Shown in pieces: positions 28,813 to 39,377 of a stretch of DNA of 64,000 bases (position 1 is the stretch's first letter; the number at the start of each line of letters is the position of its first letter). Source of the stretch: Neptunitalea lumnitzerae (GTDB taxonomy: Bacteria > Bacteroidota > Bacteroidia > Flavobacteriales > Flavobacteriaceae); NCBI RefSeq assembly GCF_027924185.1, contig NZ_BRVO01000003.1, forward strand, positions 271,968 to 335,967, read 5' to 3'. The notes below the pieces were generated by a model. It was not told the origin of the DNA. It saw nothing but the letters and a program-made list of their open reading frames with translations, and did no database searches. Made by a program: the position numbers and the translations under genes.

Positions 28813-29625
28813 ATGAATTTGAATATTGAAAACAAAACTGCTGTTATTACTGGTGGTGACTCTGGTATAGGACTAGAAACTGCAAAAATTTTAACTAGTG
28901 AAGGGGTCAAAGTAATTCTTACTGATATTAATGAAGAAGATTTAAAAGAGGCAAAATCAAAAATCAAAAATCACAATAGCGACGCTGTGGTTTATTCAAA
29001 GGCTTGTGATTTAACCAATTTTAAAGCTGTAGATGCCTTTGCTGAGATGGTAAAAAAAGAATATGGCGGTGCCGATATTCTAGTAAATTGTGCTGGAGCC
29101 AGAGGGGCTGCAGGGGATTTTTTAGAACTTACAGATGAAGATTGGCAAAAAACAATTGACATTGATTTAATGGGAGCCGTACGTATATGCCGTGCCTTTA
29201 TACCTCAAATGAGAGAAAAAAAATGGGGTAGAATTATATTAATTGCCTCTGAAAATGCTTTTCAACCCTATGTAGATGAGAGTCCATACAATGCTTGTAA
29301 AGCAGGGGTTATTAATTTAAGTAAATGCCTATCTAGAAGCTACGGTAAAGAAGGTATTTTGGTAAATACTGTATCACCGGCATTTATTGAAACCCCAATG
29401 ACCGATGCCATGATGGAGCAACTAGCGGAAGAAAGAGATACTAGTATGGAGGAAGCCGTAGAATACTTTTTAGAAAATGACAGACCACATCTAACAGCAG
29501 GACGTAGAGGAAAACCAGAAGAAGTTGCAGCTGTTATCAGTTTCTTATGTTCTGAACAGGCAAGCTATGTAAATGGTAGTAATTACCGTGTAGACTCTGG
29601 TGCAGTAGAGTCTGCCTTTGGATAA
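28813..29625 (+). CDS. SDR family oxidoreductase
   Basis: TGGDSGIGLETAK Rossmann motif, NCAG, and the YNACK catalytic Y-x-x-x-K. Confidence 0.85.
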   Translation: MNLNIENKTAVITGGDSGIGLETAKILTSEGVKVILTDINEEDLKEAKSKIKNHNSDAVVYSKACDLTNFKAVDAFAEMVKKEYGGADILVNCAGARGAAGDFLELTDEDWQKTIDIDLMGAVRICRAFIPQMREKKWGRIILIASENAFQPYVDESPYNACKAGVINLSKCLSRSYGKEGILVNTVSPAFIETPMTDAMMEQLAEERDTSMEEAVEYFLENDRPHLTAGRRGKPEEVAAVISFLCSEQASYVNGSNYRVDSGAVESAFG

Positions 29626-29755
29626 AATTATACTCTATTAGTAGGTTATTTTGGGGGTTAACCCAAATACTATTAAAAATTAAAACATCACTAATTGAGC
29701 AAAAAGATTTGGGTATTAGCATAGTGCTAATACCCTTTTTAAAACCTTAATCATA

Positions 29756-30766
29756 ATGCAAAATTGTCCTGAAAATTTAATTTATGTTTCTGATACCGAA
29801 CCTGGTTACACACGCATTAAAAGCGGGAAAAAATTCATCTATTTAGATCCGCAGGAAAAGACCGTAACCGCACAGAACACACTAAGACGTATACAGTCAC
29901 TTACCATACCTCCCATGTGGGAGAAAACATGGATATGTACCCATGAAAACGGACATATACAGGCTACTGGTAACGACCAACGCAAGCGTAAACAATATAT
30001 TTACCATGTAGATTGGGTTACATACAGACAGCAATGCAAGTTTGATAAGGTGTATGACTTTGGTAACTCCATTGATAAAATGCGTAGAGCCATAAACAAA
30101 GACCTTAAACTACCCGATTTTAGTTATAAAAAAACATTGGCTCTAGCTGTAAAATTAATGGATTGCAGCTACCTAAGAATTGGTAACGACTTTTACTTAA
30201 ATGAAAATGAAACCTATGGACTAACTACTATCAGAAGAAAACATTTAGATATTACCCCCAACAAATTACATATTGAATACAAAGCTAAAAGTAATAAATA
30301 CCGTAAAATAGATATTACTAACAAACGGTTGATTTCCCTTCTGAAAGAAATAAATGAATTACCTGGCTACGAAGTTTTTAGATACAAAGAAGGTGGTAAA
30401 ACGCACAGAATTTGCTCTGAAGATGTAAACAGTTACATAAAAGATATTAGCGGCCAAGATTTCTCTGCCAAAGATTTTAGAACGTGGGGTGGCACGATAT
30501 CAGCCATTGATGAATACCAAAATGCGGTTGACTTTTGTAATAAAGGCAAAAACCGAAAATTAGAAACCGCAATTGTTAGAAATGTAGCAAAAGTACTAGG
30601 TAATACAGTGGCTACTGCTAGAGCTTATTACATTCACCCACAGGTATTAGATAATTTAGTTACACAAGGTATAGCACCCTACGAAGCAAAAACTCCTGCA
30701 AAAAAATATACCAACACCTACCTAAAAAAACATGAGGCTATTGCTTTAACTATATTAGAAAATTAA
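29756..30766 (+). CDS. DNA topoisomerase IB (poxvirus/eukaryotic-like type I topoisomerase catalytic core)
   Basis: 336 aa. Architecture and C-terminal ..FRTWGGTISAIDEY.. / ..TVATARAYYIHPQV.. (S-K-x-x-Y-like active-site tyrosine region) match bacterial TopIB proteins. Confidence 0.65.
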   Translation: MQNCPENLIYVSDTEPGYTRIKSGKKFIYLDPQEKTVTAQNTLRRIQSLTIPPMWEKTWICTHENGHIQATGNDQRKRKQYIYHVDWVTYRQQCKFDKVYDFGNSIDKMRRAINKDLKLPDFSYKKTLALAVKLMDCSYLRIGNDFYLNENETYGLTTIRRKHLDITPNKLHIEYKAKSNKYRKIDITNKRLISLLKEINELPGYEVFRYKEGGKTHRICSEDVNSYIKDISGQDFSAKDFRTWGGTISAIDEYQNAVDFCNKGKNRKLETAIVRNVAKVLGNTVATARAYYIHPQVLDNLVTQGIAPYEAKTPAKKYTNTYLKKHEAIALTILEN

Positions 30767-30794
30767 AATAAGTATCTTTAAGAAAAAACTATTT

Positions 30795-31415
30795 ATGAGA
30801 TATTTCTTTTGGTTTTTGTTTATAAGTATAGGCAGTAGTTTTTCACTAAATGCTCAAAATATAAGATATGGACTTAAAGCAGGAGCTAACATTTCGCAAT
30901 TTAAGGTGGATAACTATTCTCGCATGGCAGATAATGGAGATTATCCTATAGATTTTTCTTCAAAGCCAGGTTTTTACTTGGGAGTATTTGTTTCCTTTCC
31001 TATTTCAGAAAAGTTTCAATTTCAGCCAGAGGTTCTCTATTCTAACAGAAATATGGATATGGAAAGTATTTATGACATTACCTATATCACAAATAACGGA
31101 AACACTGTAACTACTTCTATCAACCAACAATTAATTACCATTCCGTTGGTGTTACAATATGAATTTTTAGAAAAATTAGCCGTTTTAGCAGGCCCCCAAC
31201 CGGGTTTTGTAATAAGCAGTGATCACTTTATCCCAAATACCAATAGTAGCAATACAAACACATCGTATGATACTTTTGAAATGGCTGGTGTTTTTGGTTT
31301 GGCCTATACCCTATCAGAAAAGCTAATTTTAGAAGGTAGGTTTGGGTACGGTTTTATAGAACGTAATGAAGGATTTAGTAATGTATATCAAATAGGTGTT
31401 AATTATAAATTGTAA
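30795..31415 (+). CDS. outer-membrane beta-barrel protein (porin-family small OMP)
   Basis: Signal peptide ending NAQ, alternating amphipathic beta-strands, C-terminal ..QIGVNYKL. Confidence 0.65.
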   Translation: MRYFFWFLFISIGSSFSLNAQNIRYGLKAGANISQFKVDNYSRMADNGDYPIDFSSKPGFYLGVFVSFPISEKFQFQPEVLYSNRNMDMESIYDITYITNNGNTVTTSINQQLITIPLVLQYEFLEKLAVLAGPQPGFVISSDHFIPNTNSSNTNTSYDTFEMAGVFGLAYTLSEKLILEGRFGYGFIERNEGFSNVYQIGVNYKL

Positions 31416-31448
31416 AAGCACCTGAAGATTTATCTCCGGTGCCTTTAC

Positions 31449-32552
31449 CTATTTACCATGCACAGAAAAAACATCCATCAACTGTTTAGCAATACTTCCA
31501 TTACCAGAAACAGTAATTTCTCCAATTTTTTCTGCAATTTTCTCTACAAACTCCATTTCCTTAAGTTTGAAAAGCATCTCATTCTCTTCCATTAGTTTAG
31601 CTGTGTTCAGCAAACTTCTGGTAGATGCCGTCTCTTCTCTACGAGTAATTACATTGGCCTGTGCTTGCTTTTGCGCAATAAGCACTTGGTTCATAATATC
31701 TTTCATTTCTCCCGTAAGAATTACGTCTCTAATACCACAACTTAAAATTTCTATTCCAAGTTTAGTACCTACGGGTTTAATCTCTGCAAAAACTGCATCT
31801 GCAATACCCTCTTTTTGCTCTAGCAACTCATCTAATGTATAAGCACCTATGTATGCTCTTAAAGCCAATTGCATAGCAATGTAAGCCTGCTTTTCAAAGT
31901 CCTTATTTTCTAGTAAAGCGGTTTCTATGTTCACTACCTTATATTGCGCAAAGAAGTTCACACGAATAGCGGCTTTATCTTTGGTCAACAATTCTTGGCC
32001 AGCAATTTCCATTTGTTGCACACGCATATCAGTTTTCACTATTTTAATGGTAGTATCGTTCTTCCAAAAACGGTACGTACCAGCGCCTAACGTTTTTACG
32101 TAAACATCATCTACAATCATTACTGCCTTTTCAGTTGCTCCAACTTCAAAAACTCTTACATGCTGAGATAGCTCGTATCTACTAAACAACATTTTATCTA
32201 TTTGCTCAGTAATGTAAATTTTACTTTTATCCACTGTTAAAAAGGTAAACTCTTTAAGGGTATTCCAGTAGTAATGAATACCGGTAATTAATACCCCACG
32301 GTATCTACCGTTTTCATACAACAATACAATCTCATTATCCTTTACATCTACCACATGCAACATACTTGCCAGTTGTTTATCTTGTAGCAAAATTTCAGGT
32401 GCTTTGGTAGGCTTAAAAGGGAATCGTTCATCTGCTATGGTTACACTTTCTGCAAAACCAAGCCAGTGTATACCTGCTGTAAGTACACGTTGGTAATCTC
32501 CCTTTTTAAATACCAAACCTACGTTTCCTTTGTTAATTCTAATTCGTTTCAT
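31449..32552 (-). CDS. SPFH/band-7 domain protein
   Basis: 367 aa. Central PHB-like region (..AAIRVNFFAQYKVVNIETA..IAMQLALRAYIGAYTLDELL..) and C-terminal coiled coil. Confidence 0.65.
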   Translation of the reverse strand: MKRIRINKGNVGLVFKKGDYQRVLTAGIHWLGFAESVTIADERFPFKPTKAPEILLQDKQLASMLHVVDVKDNEIVLLYENGRYRGVLITGIHYYWNTLKEFTFLTVDKSKIYITEQIDKMLFSRYELSQHVRVFEVGATEKAVMIVDDVYVKTLGAGTYRFWKNDTTIKIVKTDMRVQQMEIAGQELLTKDKAAIRVNFFAQYKVVNIETALLENKDFEKQAYIAMQLALRAYIGAYTLDELLEQKEGIADAVFAEIKPVGTKLGIEILSCGIRDVILTGEMKDIMNQVLIAQKQAQANVITRREETASTRSLLNTAKLMEENEMLFKLKEMEFVEKIAEKIGEITVSGNGSIAKQLMDVFSVHGK

Positions 32553-33210
32553 GGTTCATTTTTTTGGTTACACATTTTATTTACAACTATCCCGGGTTTT
32601 CTTTAATCATCAAATTATAACAATAATTATCTCTGATTTTCTATATTTATTTGAATAGATATTCTACCAATTCATTCTCTCAATAATCTTGACAAATTTG
32701 GTCTACCTATAAAAATCTTGAAAATCAAGGCAGCAGCGTTGGATTTAGATAAAATACTGTTTGAGCGATAGCGAGTTGTATTTTATCTGTGGCTGGTAAT
32801 GCCGTAGTACTTTCTTAGGTTTTTATAGTAAACCTTGACTTTTTGGTTCGTTTTAGCTCGTACATTCTTATTGTTTTAAGATCTCGTGAATCTTCGATTT
32901 GTGTCAAGACAAAATGAACAAATACATGCTTTTCTTTAACTCTAATAGAAAGTAATGCTCCTAAACTTATCCAAATCATACGGAAAACAAACATTTACTA
33001 TTGGTTGCACGCTTTTGTTACAAATGAACATCTTACTAAAACATAAGACCGTTGATTTTAAACAGCCACATGCGCAGAATACTAAATCGTTCTGTTCTCT
33101 GGTATGCCCCGAACTGTTTTTTAACTAATTGGTTAGGTGGTTAAAAAACCAAGTTCAGAAACATTACTTTTCCTTTCATGGTAATCAGTTTTACAAGATA
33201 ATTAGCTTGA

Positions 33211-33395
33211 GTTAACCTACATCCAACGTGTAGTGCTCTAACCGCTGAGCTACGTATCCAAATAATACGATGGGAGTCGAACCCATGCAAAAAAATCTAT
33301 TGTTCTACCAATTGAACTACGTATTTCAATAATACGACGGGATTTGAACCCGCAACACATAGAGGAGCTATTGATATGGTAATAGCGTACCTTCA
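33211..33395 (-). pseudogene. three tandem degenerate tRNA-like units (tRNA remnants)
   Basis: Minus-strand units at ~33211-33259, 33262-33326 and 33331-33395. The first has acceptor 5' half, D-arm and a 5-bp anticodon stem but no T-arm. The second has acceptor, D-arm (GTTC-AATTGGTA-GAAC) and T-arm (ATGGG-TTCGACT-CCCAT) with the anticodon arm collapsed. The third has a T-arm (GCGGG-TTCAAAT-CCCGT) and poor 5' parts. Confidence 0.4.
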
Positions 33396-34221
33396 AAACC
33401 AGACTGCATATAAAATCATCATACGTCTCCGCAACGTTTTATACAATGGTGCTATTAGAAACACGCAACAAGGTCTGCATTGAAATCTTTAATATCTTAC
33501 TCGATAATCGAGATTGGACACTCCGAGAACCAGCCTCGAAGTAGTTTATGATTGTGTTTTAATTACAATTCAAATATCTATACCATCAGCGCAGTTATTC
33601 TGCGTAGTTGTTTCGAATTATAAATTTTATAGAGAGGATATAAAAAATCCGAAACATTTTGGTTATTAGCTCCGGATTTCTCATTTGATACGTTGTTATG
33701 AAAAGATCCGAAGCCAATAAAACCTTCCTAGTATATGTTGTAATAAACTCTTATATGGATTGCTAAACATCGCTTCTTGTTATTAATTGCTATTTCTGTT
33801 TTTTTGACAGGGCAAAGATGTAAACTATTTTTTAATTACACAAGAAAAATATTTATTTAAAACACTGGTTATCAGTTATTTAAATTTAAAATAGGCAATA
33901 GATTTCCTGTCCGCATATCAGCAGATTAGTATACAATTTAAAATGAGATAGTTACTTAAAAAGTATATTTTCAACAGCTATGTATTTTTTTTGCATAAAT
34001 ATTTTTCATTCCTTCAAAAACATAAAAAAAGCGCTCAATTTTCATTGAGCGCTTTGTTATAAATTAGATGTACTTATATCATTTATCTATTTAAAATCTT
34101 ACAACAAGAACCAAAACGCCCATTCGGATATGCTTTATACCCTGCTAATAGAAATGCCTGTGGCATTGAAAAACTAGTATGTTTACGTATTGTTCTCATT
34201 ATAATGCAAATATATAATTTA

Positions 34222-34857
34222 TTAATTTAATAAAAATAAAACTCCAATATCAAAAGAACCTCTGTCATTTTGAGTAGAAAAACCTGAAGAGGAACCATCG
34301 GCGAAAACATCTGTAAAACCGTATTGCTCATCATAAGCAAAGTAGATACTCGTTTTACTATTAAGTCTAACTTTATACCCTATCCCCACAGCTAAACCAA
34401 CATCCGTAGCATTTAAGGCATCTTTAATATCATTTCCATGTTCATCATCTTCTGCACTAAGCAAAAATCCTGTATACAATCCAAAATTCAAATACCAATT
34501 TCTCCTTCTTCCAAAGTGCCAGTTAGCCATTACCGGAATAGTTACATAGTTTAAACTAAAATCGGTGTAATACATTTCTCCAGTGTCTATGTTTTGCACA
34601 TATCCATTACCCCAACCTTTGGCATCGTATAATAGCTTTGCTTTAAGCCCCCATCTATCTGAAAAATAATACTCTCCTGTAGCTCCAAAGTTAATACCAA
34701 AAGTACCCTCTGTACCACCATTAAGATCTGAGGAATAAATAACAATGGCTCTACCAAAACCAAGGTTAGCTCCTACTTCAAAATCGCCTTGGTCTTGAGC
34801 ATTAGACACTGAAAAGAACCCGGCTACTGCCAGTAAGCTTAAAAAAAGATTTTTCAT
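34222..34857 (-). CDS. outer-membrane beta-barrel protein (porin family)
   Basis: Signal peptide ..SVSNAQ, amphipathic beta-strands, ends ..DIGVLFLLN. Confidence 0.65.
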   Translation of the reverse strand: MKNLFLSLLAVAGFFSVSNAQDQGDFEVGANLGFGRAIVIYSSDLNGGTEGTFGINFGATGEYYFSDRWGLKAKLLYDAKGWGNGYVQNIDTGEMYYTDFSLNYVTIPVMANWHFGRRRNWYLNFGLYTGFLLSAEDDEHGNDIKDALNATDVGLAVGIGYKVRLNSKTSIYFAYDEQYGFTDVFADGSSSGFSTQNDRGSFDIGVLFLLN

Positions 34858-35110
34858 TATTTATTTATTTATTGGTTACAATTCTTAAAGTTATTGCAAG
34901 AAATATGCCACTTAATAATATTCATTCATAATTATTATACCTCATCAAATTATCGCAACGCTATTAAAATAATTAATCAATGCTGTTGTTTGTAATGACA
35001 GTTCTGGAAAGAACTTTTTTCCATTAAAGGTAAGATGCAGTATGATTAATTATTGGTTTTATTTATACAAAAATGGTTATAAAAAATAATATGCACAACT
35101 GATTTTTATG

Positions 35111-35749
35111 CTATTTCAAAACTCCTAATAGTACTAATTTATCATTGGCTGCCATTCCATTAGGGTTGCAACCAGGTTTACCCTCGGGAATGGGGATACC
35201 TAGTTCTTGATAAAAATCTATCCAACCCTGATGAAATTCACCAGTTTTTGGATTTTTAAATGTCATTGGGTTTAACTTAAAAATGGAATCCTTTTGAAAA
35301 GAGCGGTATACAAAATCTGAACAATAGTAACTACTATCATTCATAACGTAAGAGTAATTATAAGGCTTTCCCATCATGGTTTTAGCCTTTTCAATAGCAC
35401 TAGGTATAAACTTTTGATAAGGTTGTTTTAGTCTATATGCAGTAACTCTTCGGTACAACTTTATACTATCTTCTTTAGGGTGCATAAACTCCTCTAAAGG
35501 TACTCTGGCAGAACCACATTCTGGCGCTGCGTGTAGTACATAAATACTATCGCCCACCACCTCTGCAATACCCATGTGTGAATAGTGAGTTTCTTTACCT
35601 GTTTGTGTAACGTTATCTATGGCTTCAGATAAACTACTTGTAGAACTCTCTCTAAACAAAATATCGCCGGTTTTAACAGCTACATTTTGGGCTAAAACCA
35701 GTATTGGACAACACATATATAACACGTACAAAAGAAACTTCTTTCTCAT
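35111..35749 (-). CDS. YiiX-like permuted papain-fold (NlpC/P60 superfamily) protein
   Basis: Signal peptide. His (YSHMGIAEV) precedes Cys (YYCSDFVYRSF) in the sequence, the order expected for the permuted papain arrangement. Confidence 0.45.
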   Translation of the reverse strand: MRKKFLLYVLYMCCPILVLAQNVAVKTGDILFRESSTSSLSEAIDNVTQTGKETHYSHMGIAEVVGDSIYVLHAAPECGSARVPLEEFMHPKEDSIKLYRRVTAYRLKQPYQKFIPSAIEKAKTMMGKPYNYSYVMNDSSYYCSDFVYRSFQKDSIFKLNPMTFKNPKTGEFHQGWIDFYQELGIPIPEGKPGCNPNGMAANDKLVLLGVLK

Positions 35750-35924
35750 AGAAATAAAATCTAAAAGACAAATGTACTAAACAAGTATGGCTAAATGGTT
35801 TTCTTTCAGAAAAAACGAAAAAGGATCACATAAAAAAAATCCTCCCAAAGGCACACGGGAGGATTTTTGGTGTTAGTAATTAATACTAATCTAAAAACAA
35901 ATATTAAACTATATGATGTGGTAG

Positions 35925-36983
35925 TTAGTTAGTTTTCTGTTTGTAATGCACTTCTGAAAGCTCTCTTAACATAGCAGCACTTTTTTCTGGTGAAATATCA
36001 CGTTGTGCTTCTGCCATCATTTCGTACCCAACCATAAACTTCTTCACAGTAGCACTGCGTAATAATGGTGGATAAAAATGCATATGGAAATGCCATTCAG
36101 GATGCTCTTCTCCATCTGTTGGGGTTTGGTGTATACCCGATGAATATGGAAAAGATGTTTCAAATAAGTTATCGTATTTTACTGTTGTAGCCTTGATAAT
36201 TGCAGCATAAGCCTTTCTTTCTTCAGCAGTCATTTCAGTTATATTTCCAAAATGTCTTTTGCTAATGATTAAAATTTCAAACGGCCATATTGCCCAAAAT
36301 GGTACTAAAGCAACAAAGTGTTCATTTTCTACAACAATACGTTCTTTACGTTCTAATTCAGACTTTACATAATCTTCTAAAAGACTTGTTCCGTTTTTAG
36401 CGTAATACGCTTTAAGGTTTGCCTGGGTTTTAGCCACTAATGTAGGTATAGATGATTGCGACCAAATTTGTCCGTGTGGGTGCGGGTTAGAACATCCCAT
36501 TACAGCACCTTTATTCTCAAAAATCTGAACATGGTTGATAAACTCACGTCCTCCTAAATCTATGTATTGTTCTTTCCAAGCATCTACAACTCTTTCAATT
36601 GCTTCAACCTCCATTTCTGGTAAGGTTAAATCGTGTCTAGGGGAAAAGCATATAACTCGGTTAATTCCTTTCTGTGGTTCAATTTGAAACAACGGATTAT
36701 TTTCTTCCGGCATTTCTACATCTACTTGTAACAACGATGGAAAATCGTTATCAAAAACATAAACGTCTGTATATTGTTCGTTTACCGCTCCACTGGTACG
36801 CTCATTACCGGCACATAAGTAACAAGAAGGATCGTACTGAAGTTTTTCTACCTCAGCAGCACTCTCTTTTTGTCCTTGCCATGGTCGTTTAGCTCTGTGT
36901 GGCGATACTAAAACCCACTCCCCAATTAATGGGTTAAATCTACGGTGTGGGTGTTCGTTATAATCAAATGCTTGCGTGCTCAT
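35925..36983 (-). CDS. galT: galactose-1-phosphate uridylyltransferase
   Basis: His-Pro-His active site (GCSNPHPHGQIW) and Zn-binding Cys/His residues near the N-terminus. Confidence 0.9.
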   Translation of the reverse strand: MSTQAFDYNEHPHRRFNPLIGEWVLVSPHRAKRPWQGQKESAAEVEKLQYDPSCYLCAGNERTSGAVNEQYTDVYVFDNDFPSLLQVDVEMPEENNPLFQIEPQKGINRVICFSPRHDLTLPEMEVEAIERVVDAWKEQYIDLGGREFINHVQIFENKGAVMGCSNPHPHGQIWSQSSIPTLVAKTQANLKAYYAKNGTSLLEDYVKSELERKERIVVENEHFVALVPFWAIWPFEILIISKRHFGNITEMTAEERKAYAAIIKATTVKYDNLFETSFPYSSGIHQTPTDGEEHPEWHFHMHFYPPLLRSATVKKFMVGYEMMAEAQRDISPEKSAAMLRELSEVHYKQKTN

Positions 36984-38148
36984 CTTTGTAAATTGTTGTT
37001 CCTTGAGATATGGCTATTTTATAAGCCTCTAGGTCTATATTAAACTTCTCTTTATACAGTTTACTAGCTTTTTCAATAATTCCGTCAACAGCTTCTTTCT
37101 TCACTAAGTTGATAGAACAGCCTCCAAAGCCACCACCCATCATACGAGAACCTATTACATTCTCATCATTTTCAACTAAACTTACCAAGTAATCTATCTC
37201 TTCACAGCTTACTTCATAATTTTCAGATAACCCGTGGTGTGTTTCAAACATTAAAGCACCTAATTTTTTAAAATCGTGTGCCTCAATAGCATCAACTGCA
37301 TCTTTTACACGTTTTATTTCTTTTACCACAAACAAACAACGTTTGTAGTTAACAGCACCTAACTCTTCTTTTACTGCATTTACCATATACTCGGTTACAT
37401 CTCTAAAAGAAGTAATTGCCGGATACTCTTTTTTAAGTACAGCATACCCTTCTTCTACCTCTCTTCTTCTGTCGTTATAACCAGAAGTTAAGTGCGTATG
37501 TTTTACTTTACTATCTAAAAGTAATATGCTATAATCTTTAAAATCTGCTTTATGGTACTCATGCTCCATAGTGTTACAATCTAGCAGAATCACATGATCT
37601 TCTTTCCCAAATACACTAGCAAACTGATCCATAATACCACAATTAACACCTACAAAAGTATGCTCTGCTTTTTGCCCTATTAAGGCAATATCTGTTTTAG
37701 TAAGTCCTAAATCATAAAGCTCATTTAAGGCATAAGCAAATCCGCATTCTAATGCTGCAGAAGAAGACAACCCTGCACCCATTGGTACATTGCTACTAAA
37801 CACAATGTTAAAACCAGATAATGGTGCTTTTTCTTTAATTTGTGCTAAAACCCCATAAAAGAAGTTTACCCACATTTTATCAGATGGTGTTACCTCATCT
37901 TCTATATTAAACGTAAGCTTATCATCTAGGTCTAGCGCAATAATATTGCATTCTGTAGAGGTATTGGTAGTAATTGCAAAGCAAACATATTTATCAATAG
38001 CTGCCGGCAATACAAATCCATCATTATAATCTACGTGCTCACCAATAATGTTGATACGTCCTGGTGATAAGAAAATATGTTCAGGAGCTGCTTTAAACTG
38101 CTCCTCATAACTTTTGGAAACTGATTGTATAAGACTGTTTTTATCCAT
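36964..38148 (-). CDS. galK: galactokinase
   Basis: GHMP kinase signatures GRINIIGEHVDYNDGFVLPAAID and PMGAGLSSSAALE. Confidence 0.9.
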   Translation of the reverse strand: MDKNSLIQSVSKSYEEQFKAAPEHIFLSPGRINIIGEHVDYNDGFVLPAAIDKYVCFAITTNTSTECNIIALDLDDKLTFNIEDEVTPSDKMWVNFFYGVLAQIKEKAPLSGFNIVFSSNVPMGAGLSSSAALECGFAYALNELYDLGLTKTDIALIGQKAEHTFVGVNCGIMDQFASVFGKEDHVILLDCNTMEHEYHKADFKDYSILLLDSKVKHTHLTSGYNDRRREVEEGYAVLKKEYPAITSFRDVTEYMVNAVKEELGAVNYKRCLFVVKEIKRVKDAVDAIEAHDFKKLGALMFETHHGLSENYEVSCEEIDYLVSLVENDENVIGSRMMGGGFGGCSINLVKKEAVDGIIEKASKLYKEKFNIDLEAYKIAISQGTTIYKDEHASI

Positions 38149-38372
38149 CTTCTTTTCTTTCTATTATTTCTACAAGGGTATTGTAAAAATTAATAATTTC
38201 ATCAATTCAAATTAACACATCATCAAAAACACCTAGAATACAAAAACACATTCTTATATTAAAACCGTGTTTTTTAATGATTACATAGCAAATATAAAAT
38301 ATTAACAAAAAACACCACACCAGTACCTACTAGTTTTACTAAATTAGCTACCAGTTTAAAATTTACCCTGTT

Positions 38373-39371
38373 ATGAAGCTTATCAATGTTATTGAAAACT
38401 CAGACATACCTAAGTACAAGCAAATTATATATTCTGTAGAAACGGCTATTGCTGAAAAACGATTGAAGCGAAAAGACAAACTGCCTTCTATTAATAAAAT
38501 AGCTTTGGAGTTTTCATTATCTAGAGATACTGTTTTACAAGCCTATAATGATTTAAAAAAACGAGGCATTATTTCCGCCATGCCAGGAAAAGGATATTAT
38601 ATTAAAAGTGAAGAGTTTACTACCGAGCAACGCATCTTTCTTTTATTTGATGAACTGAACTCTTTTAAAGAAGACTTATACAACTCTTTTAAAGAAACTA
38701 TGGGCAACTTTGCTAATATTGACATTTTCTTTCATTACTTTAATATTGAGGTTTTTAAAAAGTTGATTGACGAGAATAATGGTGATTATAATAAGTATGT
38801 TATAATGCCTACCATTTTAAAAGATGCACACATTCATATTAAAAAGCTTCCTAAAAACAACGTTTATATTTTAGACCAAACCAATGAACAACTGCAGGAA
38901 TACCCGTCTGTTCATCAAAATTTTGTAGAGGATATTTACAATGCTTTACTTACTGGTAAAGATGCCTTAAAGAAGTACCAAAAACTCATTTTTATATTTC
39001 CCGACTTTAAGCAGCCTACAGGTATGAAAATTGGGTTTCTAAAGTTTTGCAAGGATCATCAATTTAAAGCTGAAATTATTTCTGATATAAAACAATATGA
39101 ACTTTCACCTGGAGAAGTTTTTATTATACCAGACGATAGAGATTTGGTAAAAGCCATTGAAAAGATAAAAGAAAAAGGCTTAGAAATAGGAAAAGAAATT
39201 GGCATTATATCCTACAATGATACTCCTTTGAAAAAAGTTGTAGCTAATGGTATAACCACCATTTCAACCGATTTTAATTCTATGGGAAGTATTATGGCTG
39301 AAATGGTGGTAGGGCAAAAAAAAGATGTTATTGAAAACAAAAGTAGCCTTATCATAAGAGGCTCTTTATAA
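38373..39371 (+). CDS. GntR-type HTH regulator with sugar-binding (LacI-like periplasmic-binding-fold) effector domain
   Basis: N-terminal winged-helix (KLPSINKIALEFSLSRDTVLQAYNDLKKRGII) plus ~250 aa C-terminal domain. Divergent from uxuA. Confidence 0.65.
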   Translation: MKLINVIENSDIPKYKQIIYSVETAIAEKRLKRKDKLPSINKIALEFSLSRDTVLQAYNDLKKRGIISAMPGKGYYIKSEEFTTEQRIFLLFDELNSFKEDLYNSFKETMGNFANIDIFFHYFNIEVFKKLIDENNGDYNKYVIMPTILKDAHIHIKKLPKNNVYILDQTNEQLQEYPSVHQNFVEDIYNALLTGKDALKKYQKLIFIFPDFKQPTGMKIGFLKFCKDHQFKAEIISDIKQYELSPGEVFIIPDDRDLVKAIEKIKEKGLEIGKEIGIISYNDTPLKKVVANGITTISTDFNSMGSIMAEMVVGQKKDVIENKSSLIIRGSL

Positions 39372-39377
39372 TTTTTT

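Noticed and set aside
33200-33400. tmRNA (ssrA), including a permuted form, as explanation of the T-arm followed by acceptor/D-arm arrangement
   Set aside because: No tag-peptide reading frame (..ANDENYALAA-like), no pseudoknot-rich body, no 3' CCA context. The arrangement is better explained by adjacent decayed tRNA copies.
32553-34221. RNase P RNA or SRP RNA in the large ORF-free region
   Set aside because: I could not find the universally conserved RNase P blocks (GGAAAGUCCGGGCUCC / ACAGAACCCGGCUUA-like) or an SRP domain IV motif. A covariance search would be definitive.
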